Shown here in pieces: positions 49,818 to 61,859 of a stretch of DNA of 64,000 nucleotides. Under the pieces are notes generated by a model. It saw nothing but the letters and a program-made list of their open reading frames with translations. It was not told the DNA's origin and did not search any database. The stretch comes from Eledone cirrhosa (taxonomy: Eukaryota). The translations under genes and the position numbers were made by a program. The stretch is from the NCBI GenBank assembly GCA_964016885.1, contig OZ024743.1:56544001-56608000 (forward strand). Direction: 5' to 3'. The stretch's first letter is position 1; every line of letters starts with the position of its first letter.

Positions 49818-52341
49818 CAGTGGCGGCTCGTTGCTAAAATTAGTTGAGGTGTTGCTTCAGAAATGTTTAAATATTGTTTTAATATTGTGTAAAACGAAAC
49901 AAACATAAAATGAAAATTTAGACAAAAACTTGCGAAAATCCTAAATGAAAAAATTATTGTTTTACTTACTAATAAATTGTTACAGTTCAAACTTGATCCA
50001 TTCATTTAAAAATGAAATATATTCTTCTTGTTTTACTTTGAGCGAAAATGTTAAGTTTCCTCCTTGATCCCTGGATGACTGTTGAGGAAATTTTTCTCCA
50101 TTGAAAACAATACAAGTGCATTTAGTCTTTTGGGATTCATAGTGGTCCTTAGAAAAGTTTTATTCTTTTCAGAGTTGAAAAGCAACGTTTTGGCTCTGAT
50201 ATAGTCATGGGAATTGTCAAGAGGATTTTCATTAAGAACACCATCTAGATCAGAAGTTTCGTAATTTCATTAAGAACACCATCTAGATCAGAGGTTCACA
50301 AAGCCCCCCCCCCCCCCGGGGGCGTTGAGAAGGTCCAGGGGCGGTGGGGGTAGCGATGATATAATAGTATATTAAATATCAAACGATACAAATATATATA
50401 TATAAATATTGTAAAAAAAACTATATAATATTTATTTGGTGGATTGGCAGTATCAGTAGAGAGTCGGACGCCATGCTTTCCAGCATAGTTACGTCCCTTT
50501 ACGGTCTGAGTTCAAATCCCGTCGAGGTTAACTTTGCCTTTCATCCTTACGGGGTCGATAAAATAAAATACCAGTAATGTACTGGGTATTTGCTGGCCTT
50601 GTGCCGAAAGTAGAAACAATTATATTATTATATATAAATCAATGATTTTATTCATTACATATTATTTGCCTGTCTCTCTGGAAATAGGGGTGTGGTATTA
50701 TGTGACCGTGAGGGGGGGGGGGGGGGGGGGTTGGCCCAAAATGTTTGAGGATCTAGATTATTTTCCAAGATAAATTTCAGCAGCTCAATTAATTTGCAAT
50801 GTTCATGCATAACGGATATACAATAGAATACTTTTAGTTCAGTTTCAAGCTTTTTATTTTTGTCAATCATCGGATATGCTTCAGTGGTACTATCTCTTCC
50901 GTAAGCAGTTCATTCGAAAAATCTAGTGAAGCTTTTCTTGTTGAACAATTTAGCAGCTACCAAGTGGAAGAATATCTGTCCATTATATCATCAAATATGT
51001 AGTCACACATTTCCTTAGCTTCTGCCATGAGTGTCTTTGAAGGATCCTCACAGTACTTCGAGTGTCTTATTTCTGAAATAGCAGTTTTGAAATCTGTTAT
51101 ATATTCATTGACTTTAAACACATTCATTTCTCGAGATTGCATTTGTTTGTAAATTACTTCATCATGAGGCATAATCTGATGAAAAAGCTCTAATCAAAAT
51201 ATGAAATTATTATCATTCAGTTATTTAAAAATTCCTGTTGCTTCTGCAATCGTTTGATCTGCATTTGATGTTGACTGAATAACGCAGCCTTTTAAAGGTT
51301 GCAAATTGTCATGAACTCTGCTCACGGACCGTATGTTAAACTTCCATCTTGTAGGGGATGGACGTGGAATGCTGACGTCCATATGCTTCTTGAGGAGAAT
51401 GGATACACGTTGTGGTGACCTTGAGAAGAATGTTGGAATAGCCAAAATGTTAGAGAAAAATATTCTTGCATTCCGTGTAATGCTTGCTGCATAACATTTT
51501 ACGGTTCTTTTTAACCTTCATGTTATGCTCATTGATTGAAAGTCTGCTTCACTAAGTTTCTCTTTAATATTTACGTTTCCTAAAAGTGAAAGTGAAACCA
51601 CATTTTCAACATGCTTCTTTGATTTCTCATGTTTTTCATTTTTTTCTTTCATTTTGTTTATATTTCTAAAACCGTCTTTTGTCCACGTTACATCGCCTCC
51701 AAACAGCAAACACAGGAAGCAAAACAATGCAATTTTCATTTCACAGCCGCTGAGTCAACTTTTCCGTTGGTACCATTCAGAATTAAAGCTACCTTTTGTT
51801 GTTGCTTATTCCTGACTGAGATATTTGAATATCGGGTGTTGAACGGCCTCTTTTCTTAACTGTAACTTTCTCATGGAGAGACAACTATGAAAACTTAAGC
51901 TGTTGAAGTTCACTTACTATCACATAACTTATTTCTTGGGGATGCAAGGAGGTCATGGTTAAATTATTTAAATTTTCTATACAATAAAAGAACCGAAAAA
52001 AAAAGAAGTTAATAGAATAGCTGGAAGCATGCTAATCATCTACAGTTTATCACATTCAAGAATATGGTACACAGTTTTTAAGCACAATACAGTCAAAAAT
52101 AAGTCAAAAATAAACACTACCTTACACTTGAACAACAAGGTCGGCACTGCTCTGTCTAACCAGCGTTCAGCTTCTTTACTCGGACATAAACGAGGGATTG
52201 GTTACATTAAGATGATATAATGTAGACGCATAAAGAAAGAATTAAAGAAAAAAAGACTCATTATATTGAATGTTATCGATAATATCGATTGAAAATAGGG
52301 GCTGCTGCAGTTCCGCAGTGACTATACACGAGCCGCCACTG
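49818..52341 (-). mobile_element. hAT transposon with decayed ZMYM1/DUF4371-type transposase
   Basis: TIRs cagtggcggctcgt / acgagccgccactg; 8-bp TSD GTCGATTC (49810-49817, 52342-52349); LFCFLCLLFG..WTKDGF, FFSRSPQR, PTRW and a dimerisation-domain remnant. Confidence 0.92.
50289..50750. mobile_element. hAT MITE nested in the hAT, containing a SINE (50436-50622)
   Basis: TSD ATCTAGAT at 50281-50288 and 50751-50758; left end cagaggttcacaaa. Confidence 0.65.
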
Positions 52342-53039
52342 GTCGATTCCTAAGTTTAATTTCCTCAGAGTTGATCCCTCTTACAGACTCATCGTCTCTC
52401 CAACGCTTTAACGACTTAATCTTCAGTGAACTCGAGGGTTTGGTCAATAGCAGACTCTCTCCAGAGTCCCGCGATCAGGAAGCATTGCCCAAACGGTTTG
52501 GGGGTCTCTGTCTGTGTCAAACGTTTGGTGGAGCTGGGCCGCTAACAGCGAAGTTCTTGTCATCGTTAACGACCTTACCTCGTGAGGGTACCTGGTTGTT
52601 TCAACGCTTTAGCCTCGCCATCGCCCACGGTAATGCTGCAAGCATGTTGGCATGCCTAAAAAAATTTCCGTTGACCCTTGTGGTTTGTGACCTTGTGGTG
52701 TGTGCATTTGATGGTGAGTTGATGGTTATGTTTTTTTTTTACTTACGCTTTGATCATATACTTTTAAGGTTACTAGAAATAATTAATTTGATTTATAATA
52801 TGTTCATATTTTCATTCTGTAAGAAGTATTCATTAAGTATTGTATATATTATTTGTACCTATATTTTTATTCTGTAGGCACTATTGGTAGTCGGACATTA
52901 TAAACAACCACCATTGCAAGTTGTTTACAATGCACTGCGACATAAATTCCCGGCAGTGTCAAACTCTGCTATGAATGTATTTTCACCCAGTTTGACTGCT
53001 TATACAAACTTCGATTGACATTTGTATTAACAAATACAC

Positions 53040-53094
53040 CTTCTCTGAAGATTCTACATCATTCGATGACATAGGTGAAACATCATGTAAGAAG
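53040..53094 (+). ncRNA. Type I hammerhead ribozyme-like motif
   Basis: cttct CTGAAGA ttctacatc-attc-gatgacataggt GAAAC atcat GTA agaag. Confidence 0.6.
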
Positions 53095-53148
53095 CATAAA
53101 AATATTTTGTCATAACGACTTGCGACTCCTACATTTATTCACTTTGCT

Positions 53149-53286
<138 letters not shown>

Positions 53287-53333
53287 ATGCATGTATGTAT
53301 ATGTATATTAATATATATATGTATATATAAACT

Positions 53334-54045
53334 GAAAAAATGAAACGAAATTTCATTTCCCACATATATGTATACAGACGTACAGTAGTATGTATATATA
53401 TATACATACATGCACACATATATATATGTACGTATGGATTCACCGAAAATTTATTATAATGCTCGGTGTGTTTGTAAACAAACATCCCGTATTAAACCGT
53501 AGTGTCTAGCAACCATCGTTGCTCGTTTGTTCAACACTGACAAAGGAACGCTGTACTAGTTTCAAGCTTATTAGCTATCGTCAGCAACGTATACCTTCCT
53601 GCCAGATTGTTGAACGTATATACTTACCTTATGCATATTAACGGCTGAGTAGCCCAATTTGCATATCGAGTGTGTTAATCGGCCGGGTGCACCGAAAACG
53701 ATAAACGGAAAAAATGAAACGAAATTTCATTTCCCACTCTTAGTACGGCTGTTACTTAAATATAAGTATGTACACGTACATACATATATGTATAGAGACG
53801 TACAGTAGTATGTATATATACATACATGCACACATATATATATGTACGTATGGATTCACCGAACATTTATTATAATGCTCGGTGTGTTTGTAAACAAGCA
53901 TCCCGTATTAAGCCGTAGTGTCTAGCAACCACCGTTGCTCGTTTGTTCAACACTGACAAAGGAACGCTGTACTAGTTTCAAGCTTATTAGCTATCGTCAA
54001 CAACGTATACCTTCCTGCCAGATTGTTGAACGTATATACTTACCT
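53334..54045. repeat. Tandem duplication of a ~300-bp unit
   Basis: 53334-53629 versus 53708-54045; the second copy has a ~45-bp insertion. Confidence 0.9.
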
Positions 54046-54049
54046 CTGG

Positions 54050-54590
54050 ATTTCTGCTTTACAAATGTAAAGGGGACACCAACGATTTTCTCGGATCATA
54101 ACTTAGTAAAACTAATGATATATGGTCTGAGAGAGTCAGCAGAGACGCAATCATTAAGAAGCAACAGGAATTTATCCAGCCTAAACTTTCACAAGGCTAA
54201 CTAGAAAAAGATCAAGAAAGAGATCGGGAAGCAAAACTGGAGCGACATCACCACACAAGACACCAACACATATTTTCAACATTTTATGACAACATACAAA
54301 TCCTATGCCATAAGTTTGTCCCGGAGAAAAAGGCCAACGGACACAAAAATCTTATTCCCAGAGGCAGGAAAATCCTTATGAGACGAAGAACTAAGCTCTC
54401 AAACCAGTTAAATGCACAACAGAAAAACAAGAAGGATCCCTATCTGAAACAGACACTACGTGAAATTGAAACTGCACTGAAACTTTCCCATGAGAAGGAG
54501 AAGGCAGAGAGAGAAGCCAGGGCCACAGAAAATATTAAAACAAACCCTAAGGCCTTCTTTAAATTTGCAAGATTGAAAAGATTGAACCCG
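54050..54590 (+). mobile_element. CR1/Jockey-group LINE fragment (endonuclease end and tether)
   Basis: PTIFSDHNLV, LNFHKAN, NIKTNPKAFFKFAR; parallels 1-600. Confidence 0.7.
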
Positions 54591-54989
54591 GGATTCACAC
54601 ACGCACACACATATATAAATATATATAACTGAAGAAAATTGTTGTGTGTCTGAGAGAGAGAGAGAGAAGTTGATAGAAAACATGTCCACCATCTTGATAT
54701 TGTTGCTGTCTATATTAGACAAAATATATTACGCCGGTGTGTCAGTTGGCAGAGTTTCCTTCTGAGAATGTCAACTAATCAAGATTAATGTTTGATTAAC
54801 GAGCTATTCTCAGAGAATCATGACATAGCTTGTAACCTATTTCAAGCCCCACCATATAATAAGTACAATAGCAACAAACAAAAAAAGCAAGACAAAAATA
54901 ACTCGTTCGATGACCTTTGGTGACTTTTGTTGGTCACTTGTCGGCGACTGATCTCAAATATCTCGACTGTTCCAGTGTGTGCATCAATG

Positions 54990-55484
<495 letters not shown>

Positions 55485-56031
55485 TTCGCCATCTTAATCA
55501 AGTCATTATTTTTCTTCGTTTGAGACAAAGAAGGGCTAGATATATAATTGTTTCTACTTTAGGCACAAGGCCAGCAGATATATAATATAAACGGGAAGCA
55601 ATCAAATAACATACGTGTCAAGGCGTGTAATCAAACGTCTTTTTAACTGAGATGTTAGTTTAATTGCGAAGGAAGTAAACTTCCTATCATCTTGCCTATC
55701 TTCTGGTATTTTGTGGATACAACATAGCCAAATGTTTATAGAGTTCTCTTTGCAATCATTTGATCCCGTGTTCGATCTCACTACGGGGCATCTTGGACAG
55801 GTGTCATTTACCATATAGCCTTGTGTCGACTAATGGATTGTAAGTGAAATTAGGTAGCTGGAAACTGTTTTGAAGCCTGTTGGATATTCCGATGATCGAA
55901 CAACTGGAACACTCATCGTCGAAACTGATTCCATTATTTGTGTTGTTTTACTCAGTATTTTTTTTTTTCACACTTAATAAAATTCTGCTGTGGCTCTCTA
56001 CACCATCTATTTCGCCTTTTAGACATGCTTC

Positions 56032-56106
<75 letters not shown>

Positions 56107-56337
56107 CACCCATCACCTCTACACGCCTCACATCTTTCCACCACTTGTTTTTATCTTTCATTTTCTAACTCGTCTTATTTTTATTTTTATTTTGCCCCCC
56201 CCCCCTCCTTCTTCCCACCACTCTCCTGATTAAAGGCTTATGCCCGAAACGTCCACCCACACCCTCCACTCTCAATAAGCGTGAACCTAATACCTTTCTT
56301 AACTTTTACTCCCGTGTTGTTGTTTTTTACTTTTCCC

Positions 56338-56369
<32 letters not shown>

Positions 56370-56788
56370 ATACTTTGGGAGGGTCATGTTGCCAATAAAA
56401 ACACATGCACCAGTAGTTTCACTTCAATTTATTATAATAAATTTATAAATTTAGGAATTTATAAATTTCCGGTTGGTTGGTTGGTTCCACAACCAGATGG
56501 TTGTTTATATATTGTCAAAGTTCTTTCGTCGCACATTCTGTGACTTCTTCAGTGACTGGGGATTCTTTTCTTTGTTTTTTGTGCCTCTCCTTTGTTCTGT
56601 CCTACGCCATCTTGTTTTTGTGTGTGTGTTGTGTGCTTAGTTTGCGCATGTGTTACATCCGGGTGTCTGTGTGTGTTTATATTCGTTTATTTATTTGTTT
56701 ATTTACATGTTACTGGTTGGTTGTTTGTTCTATGTGCGTGTGTGTTTTCATTTTGTCCTTAATTGTAAGTTGTGATGTTGCTGTTCCA

Positions 56789-57292
56789 TTATTCTTTGCT
56801 ATTTAATTTTGGTTGTAATTCATTTATGTTTATTGCCTCTGTGATTTGTCTAAACATTGCGTCTTTTCTGTGTGTAGATTCTATTTTTATTTCTATGTTC
56901 TCTAATTTACCCTTATGTTCTATTTTAGCATGTTGGTAGAGTACAGATGATTCTTTACTATCTTGAAAGTCTCGCCAGTGTTCATTTATCCGTTCCCCTA
57001 TACTATGAGCTATCTCACCTATGTACACTATATTTGTATCTCTACATTGTCCTTCAGTACATCTTATGCTATATACTACATTTCTAGTTTTACAATTAAT
57101 ATGGGGGCTTAATTTACAGATTATACATTTCTTATCTATACAGGGAGGTCTTTGAAAAGGGTATGTCTTGCTAATAAGTGTTTTTATAGAGGTACCTAGT
57201 CTTTCTACTATCTTAATATTGAGTTTATGTTTATCTAAGGCCCTTCTAAATTTGTAAGCTAATTCACCTCTAGGGCTTGTATCGATGAACAT
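56789..57292 (-). pseudogene. Inverted truncated copy of the PLE GIY-YIG ORF
   Basis: Near-identical to the C-terminal half of 57439-58323. Confidence 0.85.
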
Positions 57293-57438
57293 TACACTCT
57301 GGTATTTATTGCTATCATACCATGAGTTTATTCTATTATATTAGCCTTATTCCTAGTTCCTAGTTACTAGACACAGAGCTCTGGTTAGATACCATTAATA
57401 ACAAAAAACAAATCCTCCATTCCCATTATGCCAAACCC

Positions 57439-58323
57439 ATGACTTCCAAATATCTGATCCACCGAAACTCAGCTGTTTCGGACCATACCAAAATCAACAT
57501 ACTGATTGCGGATTTGGTACGGGTGATGAGAAACGTGTCCCGCATGTGCAACCCCGAAGAACTAGAGAGACACATACAACACTTCATCCACCGTATGCAG
57601 TTCTCTGGTTACGATCGGAGAGATAAAATCAGAGTGTATAGAAGAGCCAGAACCAAATGGGAAAAAATGGTAAATAATGACACAAATGGGACCTGCCCCT
57701 TGTATAGGAGCAAATTTTGGAATAGAATAGAAAGAACTAGGAATAAGGCTAATAGAATAAACTCATGGTATGATAGCAATAAATACCACAGTGTAATGTT
57801 CATCGATACAACCCCTAGAGGTGAATTAGCTTACAAATTTAGAAGGGCCCTAGATAAACATAAACTCAATATTAAGATAGTAGATGGTACCTCCATAAAA
57901 ACACTTATTAGCAAGACATACCCTTTTCAAAGACCTTCCTGTATAGATAAGAAATGTATAATCTGTAAATTAAGCCCCCATATTAACTGTAAAACTAGAA
58001 ATGTAGTATATAGAATAAGATGTACTGAAGGACAATGTAGAGATAAAAATATAGTGTACATAGGTGAGACAGCTCATAGTATAGGGGAACGGATAAATGA
58101 ACACTGGCGAGACCTTCAAGATAGTAAAGAATCATCTGTACTCTACCAACATGCTAAAATAGAACATAAGGGTAAATTAGAGAACATAGAAATAAAAATA
58201 GAATCTACACACAGAAAAGACGCAATGTTTAGACAAATCACAGAGGCAATAAACATAAATGAACTCCAACCAAAATTAAATAGAAAGCATGAATGGAATA
58301 TTAACATCACAACTTACAATTAA
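57439..58323 (+). CDS. PLE ORF C-terminus (RT thumb, Cys linker, GIY-YIG endonuclease); 5'-truncated, possibly Naiad-type
   Basis: KPM..SA..K, SGY, PLYR, C..C..C, NVVY.I.C...C, YIGET, ER..EH, H...H, EA..I...LN. Confidence 0.85.
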   Translation: MTSKYLIHRNSAVSDHTKINILIADLVRVMRNVSRMCNPEELERHIQHFIHRMQFSGYDRRDKIRVYRRARTKWEKMVNNDTNGTCPLYRSKFWNRIERTRNKANRINSWYDSNKYHSVMFIDTTPRGELAYKFRRALDKHKLNIKIVDGTSIKTLISKTYPFQRPSCIDKKCIICKLSPHINCKTRNVVYRIRCTEGQCRDKNIVYIGETAHSIGERINEHWRDLQDSKESSVLYQHAKIEHKGKLENIEIKIESTHRKDAMFRQITEAININELQPKLNRKHEWNINITTYN

Positions 58324-58526
58324 GGACAAAATGAAACCACACACACACATAGAACAAACAACCAACCAGTAACATGTAAATAAACAAATAAATAAACGAA
58401 TATAAACACACACAGACACCCGGATGTAACACATGCGCAAACTAAGCACACAACACACACACAAAAACAAGATGGCGTAGGACAGAACAAAGGAGAGGCA
58501 CAAAAAAACAAAGAAAAGAATCCACA

Positions 58527-58569
58527 GTCACTGAAGAGGTCACAGAATGTGTGACGAAAGAACTTTGAC
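58527..58569 (+). ncRNA. Minimal type I hammerhead in the PLE 3' UTR (copies at 56514-56556 and 11393-11435, minus strand)
   Basis: gtca CTGAAGA g gtcaca-gaatg-tgtgac GAAA g aa CTT tgac. Confidence 0.7.
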
Positions 58570-58776
58570 AATATATAAACAACCATCTGGTTGTGGAACC
58601 AACCAACCAACCGGAAATTTATAAATTCCTAAATTTATAAATTTATTATAATAAATTGAAATGAAAGCAACTGGTCCGTGTGTTTCTTATTGGCAACACG
58701 ACTCTCCCAAAGTATAACAATATCGGTTTCAATACACGTTTTCAGATAAAGAATCTTGCTAAACAAATTCAGAACG

Positions 58777-58866
<90 letters not shown>

Positions 58867-58870
<4 letters not shown>

Positions 58871-59258
58871 AGATTTGAATGGATACAGTTTAGTTGAAAG
58901 GAATTTATTGACACGTGTTTCTATAACAGTTACATAACCTAAAACAGCTATCTACAAACTTTTAGTTATGCAGACATTCAATATTTCAATGTTATTATTT
59001 ACTGTCATTTCATCAGAATAATATTACTGAGGACCTATTTAGTTTTTATAGAGAATATTAGGAGGGAGGGGTGAAGTTGTTAGAAGAATAGTTGAAGGAG
59101 TGGTTTTTCGATAGCAGTGAGAATTCTTGGTGGCAGTGAGTAATTAGATTCCCATCTGTTGTTTTGACATTTTTTATAGAATATATTATTGGTTATTTTT
59201 CTAAATCTATAGAAGGATTAGAGATAGTGAAGATATGCGTGGTTGGTTTTGTGTTTGC

Positions 59259-59259
<1 letters not shown>
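58867..59259 (-). mobile_element. Solo copy of the 3' end (pLTR) of the 62-64 kb PLE
   Basis: Direct repeat of 61968-62363, flanked by (TA)n; HHR at 58905-59021. Confidence 0.88.
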
Positions 59260-59290
<31 letters not shown>

Positions 59291-59348
59291 ATATATGAGA
59301 GACGTAAAATAAGAAAATTATAAAATTAACTTACTTACTAAAATTTCA

Positions 59349-59428
59349 CTCCCAACTAATTAGTTTCTGAAATGGAATAAATATACTTTCCGAAGAAAAT
59401 ATGGAGAATCATTTCGTCGTCAGGAAAG
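59349..59428 (-). ncRNA. Hammerhead ribozyme-like motif with extended stem II
   Basis: ctttc CTGACGA cgaaatg..35 nt..catttca GAAAC taatta GTT gggag. Confidence 0.55.
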
Positions 59429-59696
59429 ACTATTCTCAGCTAAGTATCCAGGCAAAGCGTGGACTCTGGAAACTTATTCAAAAATAATTCAGTGGATAGA
59501 AAATAGCAAAGCGTGGACTGAATTCCTAGCCATTGAGAAAATCACTGCCTCTGCGTCGGTGGCAAATTCAAAATGAATCAATCACATGACATCGAGGTCA
59601 ATCAGTGGAAAGTGGTTTGTTAATAAGACAGCGGCCTGCCTGCTACCATAGCAGCAGTCTTGGCCAATATTGCTCGACAAATAATTTGGAGATAAT

Positions 59697-59938
59697 TATA
59701 AAGAATTAATATCAAGTAACATATATATACATACAGATGCATATCAATGCTAGCAAATATATAGGTTTTGTCTTAGTAACTTTGTGGTTCAATGCATGGG
59801 GTTGCAGAACAATAATATTATTGTTCTGCAACCCCATGCATTGAACCACAAAGTTACTAAGACAAAACCTATATATTTGCTAGCATTGATATGCATCTGT
59901 ATGTATATATATATGTTACTAGATATTAATTCTTTATA
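59697..59938. repeat. ~240-bp spacerless palindrome
   Basis: Centre aataat|attatt at 59816/59817; one mismatch and one TA indel. Confidence 0.95.
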
Positions 59939-60021
59939 TATATATATATATATATACCAGATAGAAAAATGCGTACAGCAAAAAAAAGTAATATTGTTGG
60001 AATATAAACCTTTAAAAATAC

Positions 60022-60135
60022 AGGACAAGAAACTAAAATAAAACTTTAAAAGAATAGGACAAGAAACTAAGATAAAACTTTAAAAGAATAGGACAAGAAA
60101 CTAAGATAAAACTTTAAAGAATTGGACAAGAAATA
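60022..60135. repeat. 34-bp tandem repeat, about 3.4 units
   Basis: aggacaagaaactaagataaaactttaaaagaat. Confidence 0.9.
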
Positions 60136-61710
60136 AAACATTTTACAATAATATTAGTGGCAAAATTTTTATTGGTAAAAAATCGAGTTCCACATTCATA
60201 GGCTCTGGGTTCCACATTTAGAGGTCGTCTCAGACCGGGGGGATCATTTGATCCTGGTTTGAACACCAATTGGGCCATAACCATACCCCTATTTCATCAT
60301 TCGGCGACACGCCTCATGTGTCATGCATAATGTGAATGGACCCATGGGCCCATGAGCACAGATCTTGAGCAGCAGCGGACGGTCTTGTCGTCCCGCTCAT
60401 CCTTGATCTTGACCAACCCCTCCATCTTCTTCTTGCATCTTGTCCTTGAGTTCAAGTCCGGCAGTCCAGATGAATGCGTGCCACAGCTTTCTGGTACAGG
60501 AAGGGGGAGCAGGAGGACTGGAGGGATGACGGGACAGAGGGAGGGAGGACCGGTTGTTGAGGGAGGTGCCGTAGTCGGTGGTCAGAGTCGACATCTTGTC
60601 CCGGTCGTCTTCTCCATCTTCGTCTGGTGTTGCGGGACCAGAAGTGCATTCTTGGAGGAGACCTACAGCTGCATCGGCCAATTCTTCTTGCAATGGTCAT
60701 TCTGACGCTCCAATTTACTTACAAAGCAAAACGTGGTCAAATACCTTATCATCTCTGATAAAATGCCCATTGAATCACTGAAAATCGGATGCATGGAATT
60801 CCTCATAAAATGCACCTATGAATCGGAAGCCATCACATATATCAATGGATATAGGGAGTTGTTCACACTGGAAGACCATCACTTCATTTGTGACTTCATC
60901 AGTTATCTCCACGATTATCTCAGACACCCAATGCCATTGATGAGAGGTGATCCAATGTGTGAGCATGTAACTAATCTTATAGAAGTTGTTATCGACCACC
61001 TGGCTTTTAGTGACATTTGACTGATTTGACTGATAATGATGTATTTTTAAAAAGTATGTGTACATTCTTGTTACTATTTTAAGGCAATGCAAGCAACAAC
61101 TATTTAATAAAATTTAAATTTAAAAATGACCATTGTGCATTACTAGTATGATGACATTTTATTAAGTCACAAAATTAGTCAGTCAGCCATAGAACAAGGA
61201 TCAGGTGGCAAAAACATTGGCAAAAATTTGTATCAATTTAAGATTTCCAACATTGTTCAAATGAATCATATCTGGTTTGAAGTCAGATTTGTCAAATTTT
61301 GACCAATTTTCAATGTTGTGAAGATTGGGCAAGTTCAATTTTTGAATCATTTTTTTCATGCAGTAATTAAACTTTTCCAAACGTCATCATTTCTGGATTA
61401 CCTCCCCTAGCGTCACGCTTACTACTCACTCACTTGAACACAAGATTTATCAGCAAACTTTGATTATAAACTTTTTCCCGCTGGACCAAATTTCTAGATT
61501 TTTAAGCCAAAAGATGCGTAATGATCTACTGTTCATGCTCATATAAGTCTTATCTCAGTTAAATAAAGTAGAGCCGCGCTGTACTGTCGTAAACAGACGA
61601 TTGCCAACGAAAACACGACCACAACAATATTATTAAACGGACTACCGTCCGTTTAGGATATATATATATATATATTTCGTTTCTGAATTTGTTATATATA
61701 TATATATTTG

Positions 61711-61785
<75 letters not shown>

Positions 61786-61804
61786 ATATATATATATATA
61801 TTTG

Positions 61805-61858
<54 letters not shown>

Positions 61859-61859
61859 T

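Larger units (their letters stand above)
49540..52880 (+). mobile_element. Deleted CRE-type LINE split by a hAT insertion
   Basis: LGAPITDQA...LEPHQVF..NYLSIPK continues across the hAT TSD into LEGLVNSRL...LPKRFGGL and WLFQRFSLAIAHGNAASML. Confidence 0.7.
56362..58723. mobile_element. Penelope-like element in inverted (head-to-head) configuration
   Basis: 56362-57359 is the reverse complement of 57734-58723; both carry the GIY-YIG C-terminus and a 3' UTR HHR. Confidence 0.93.

Noticed and set aside
60160-60400. HUH/Rep-like VHSHY motif in the orphan island
   Set aside because: The motif is too short and the frame has stops; not enough to call a Rep protein
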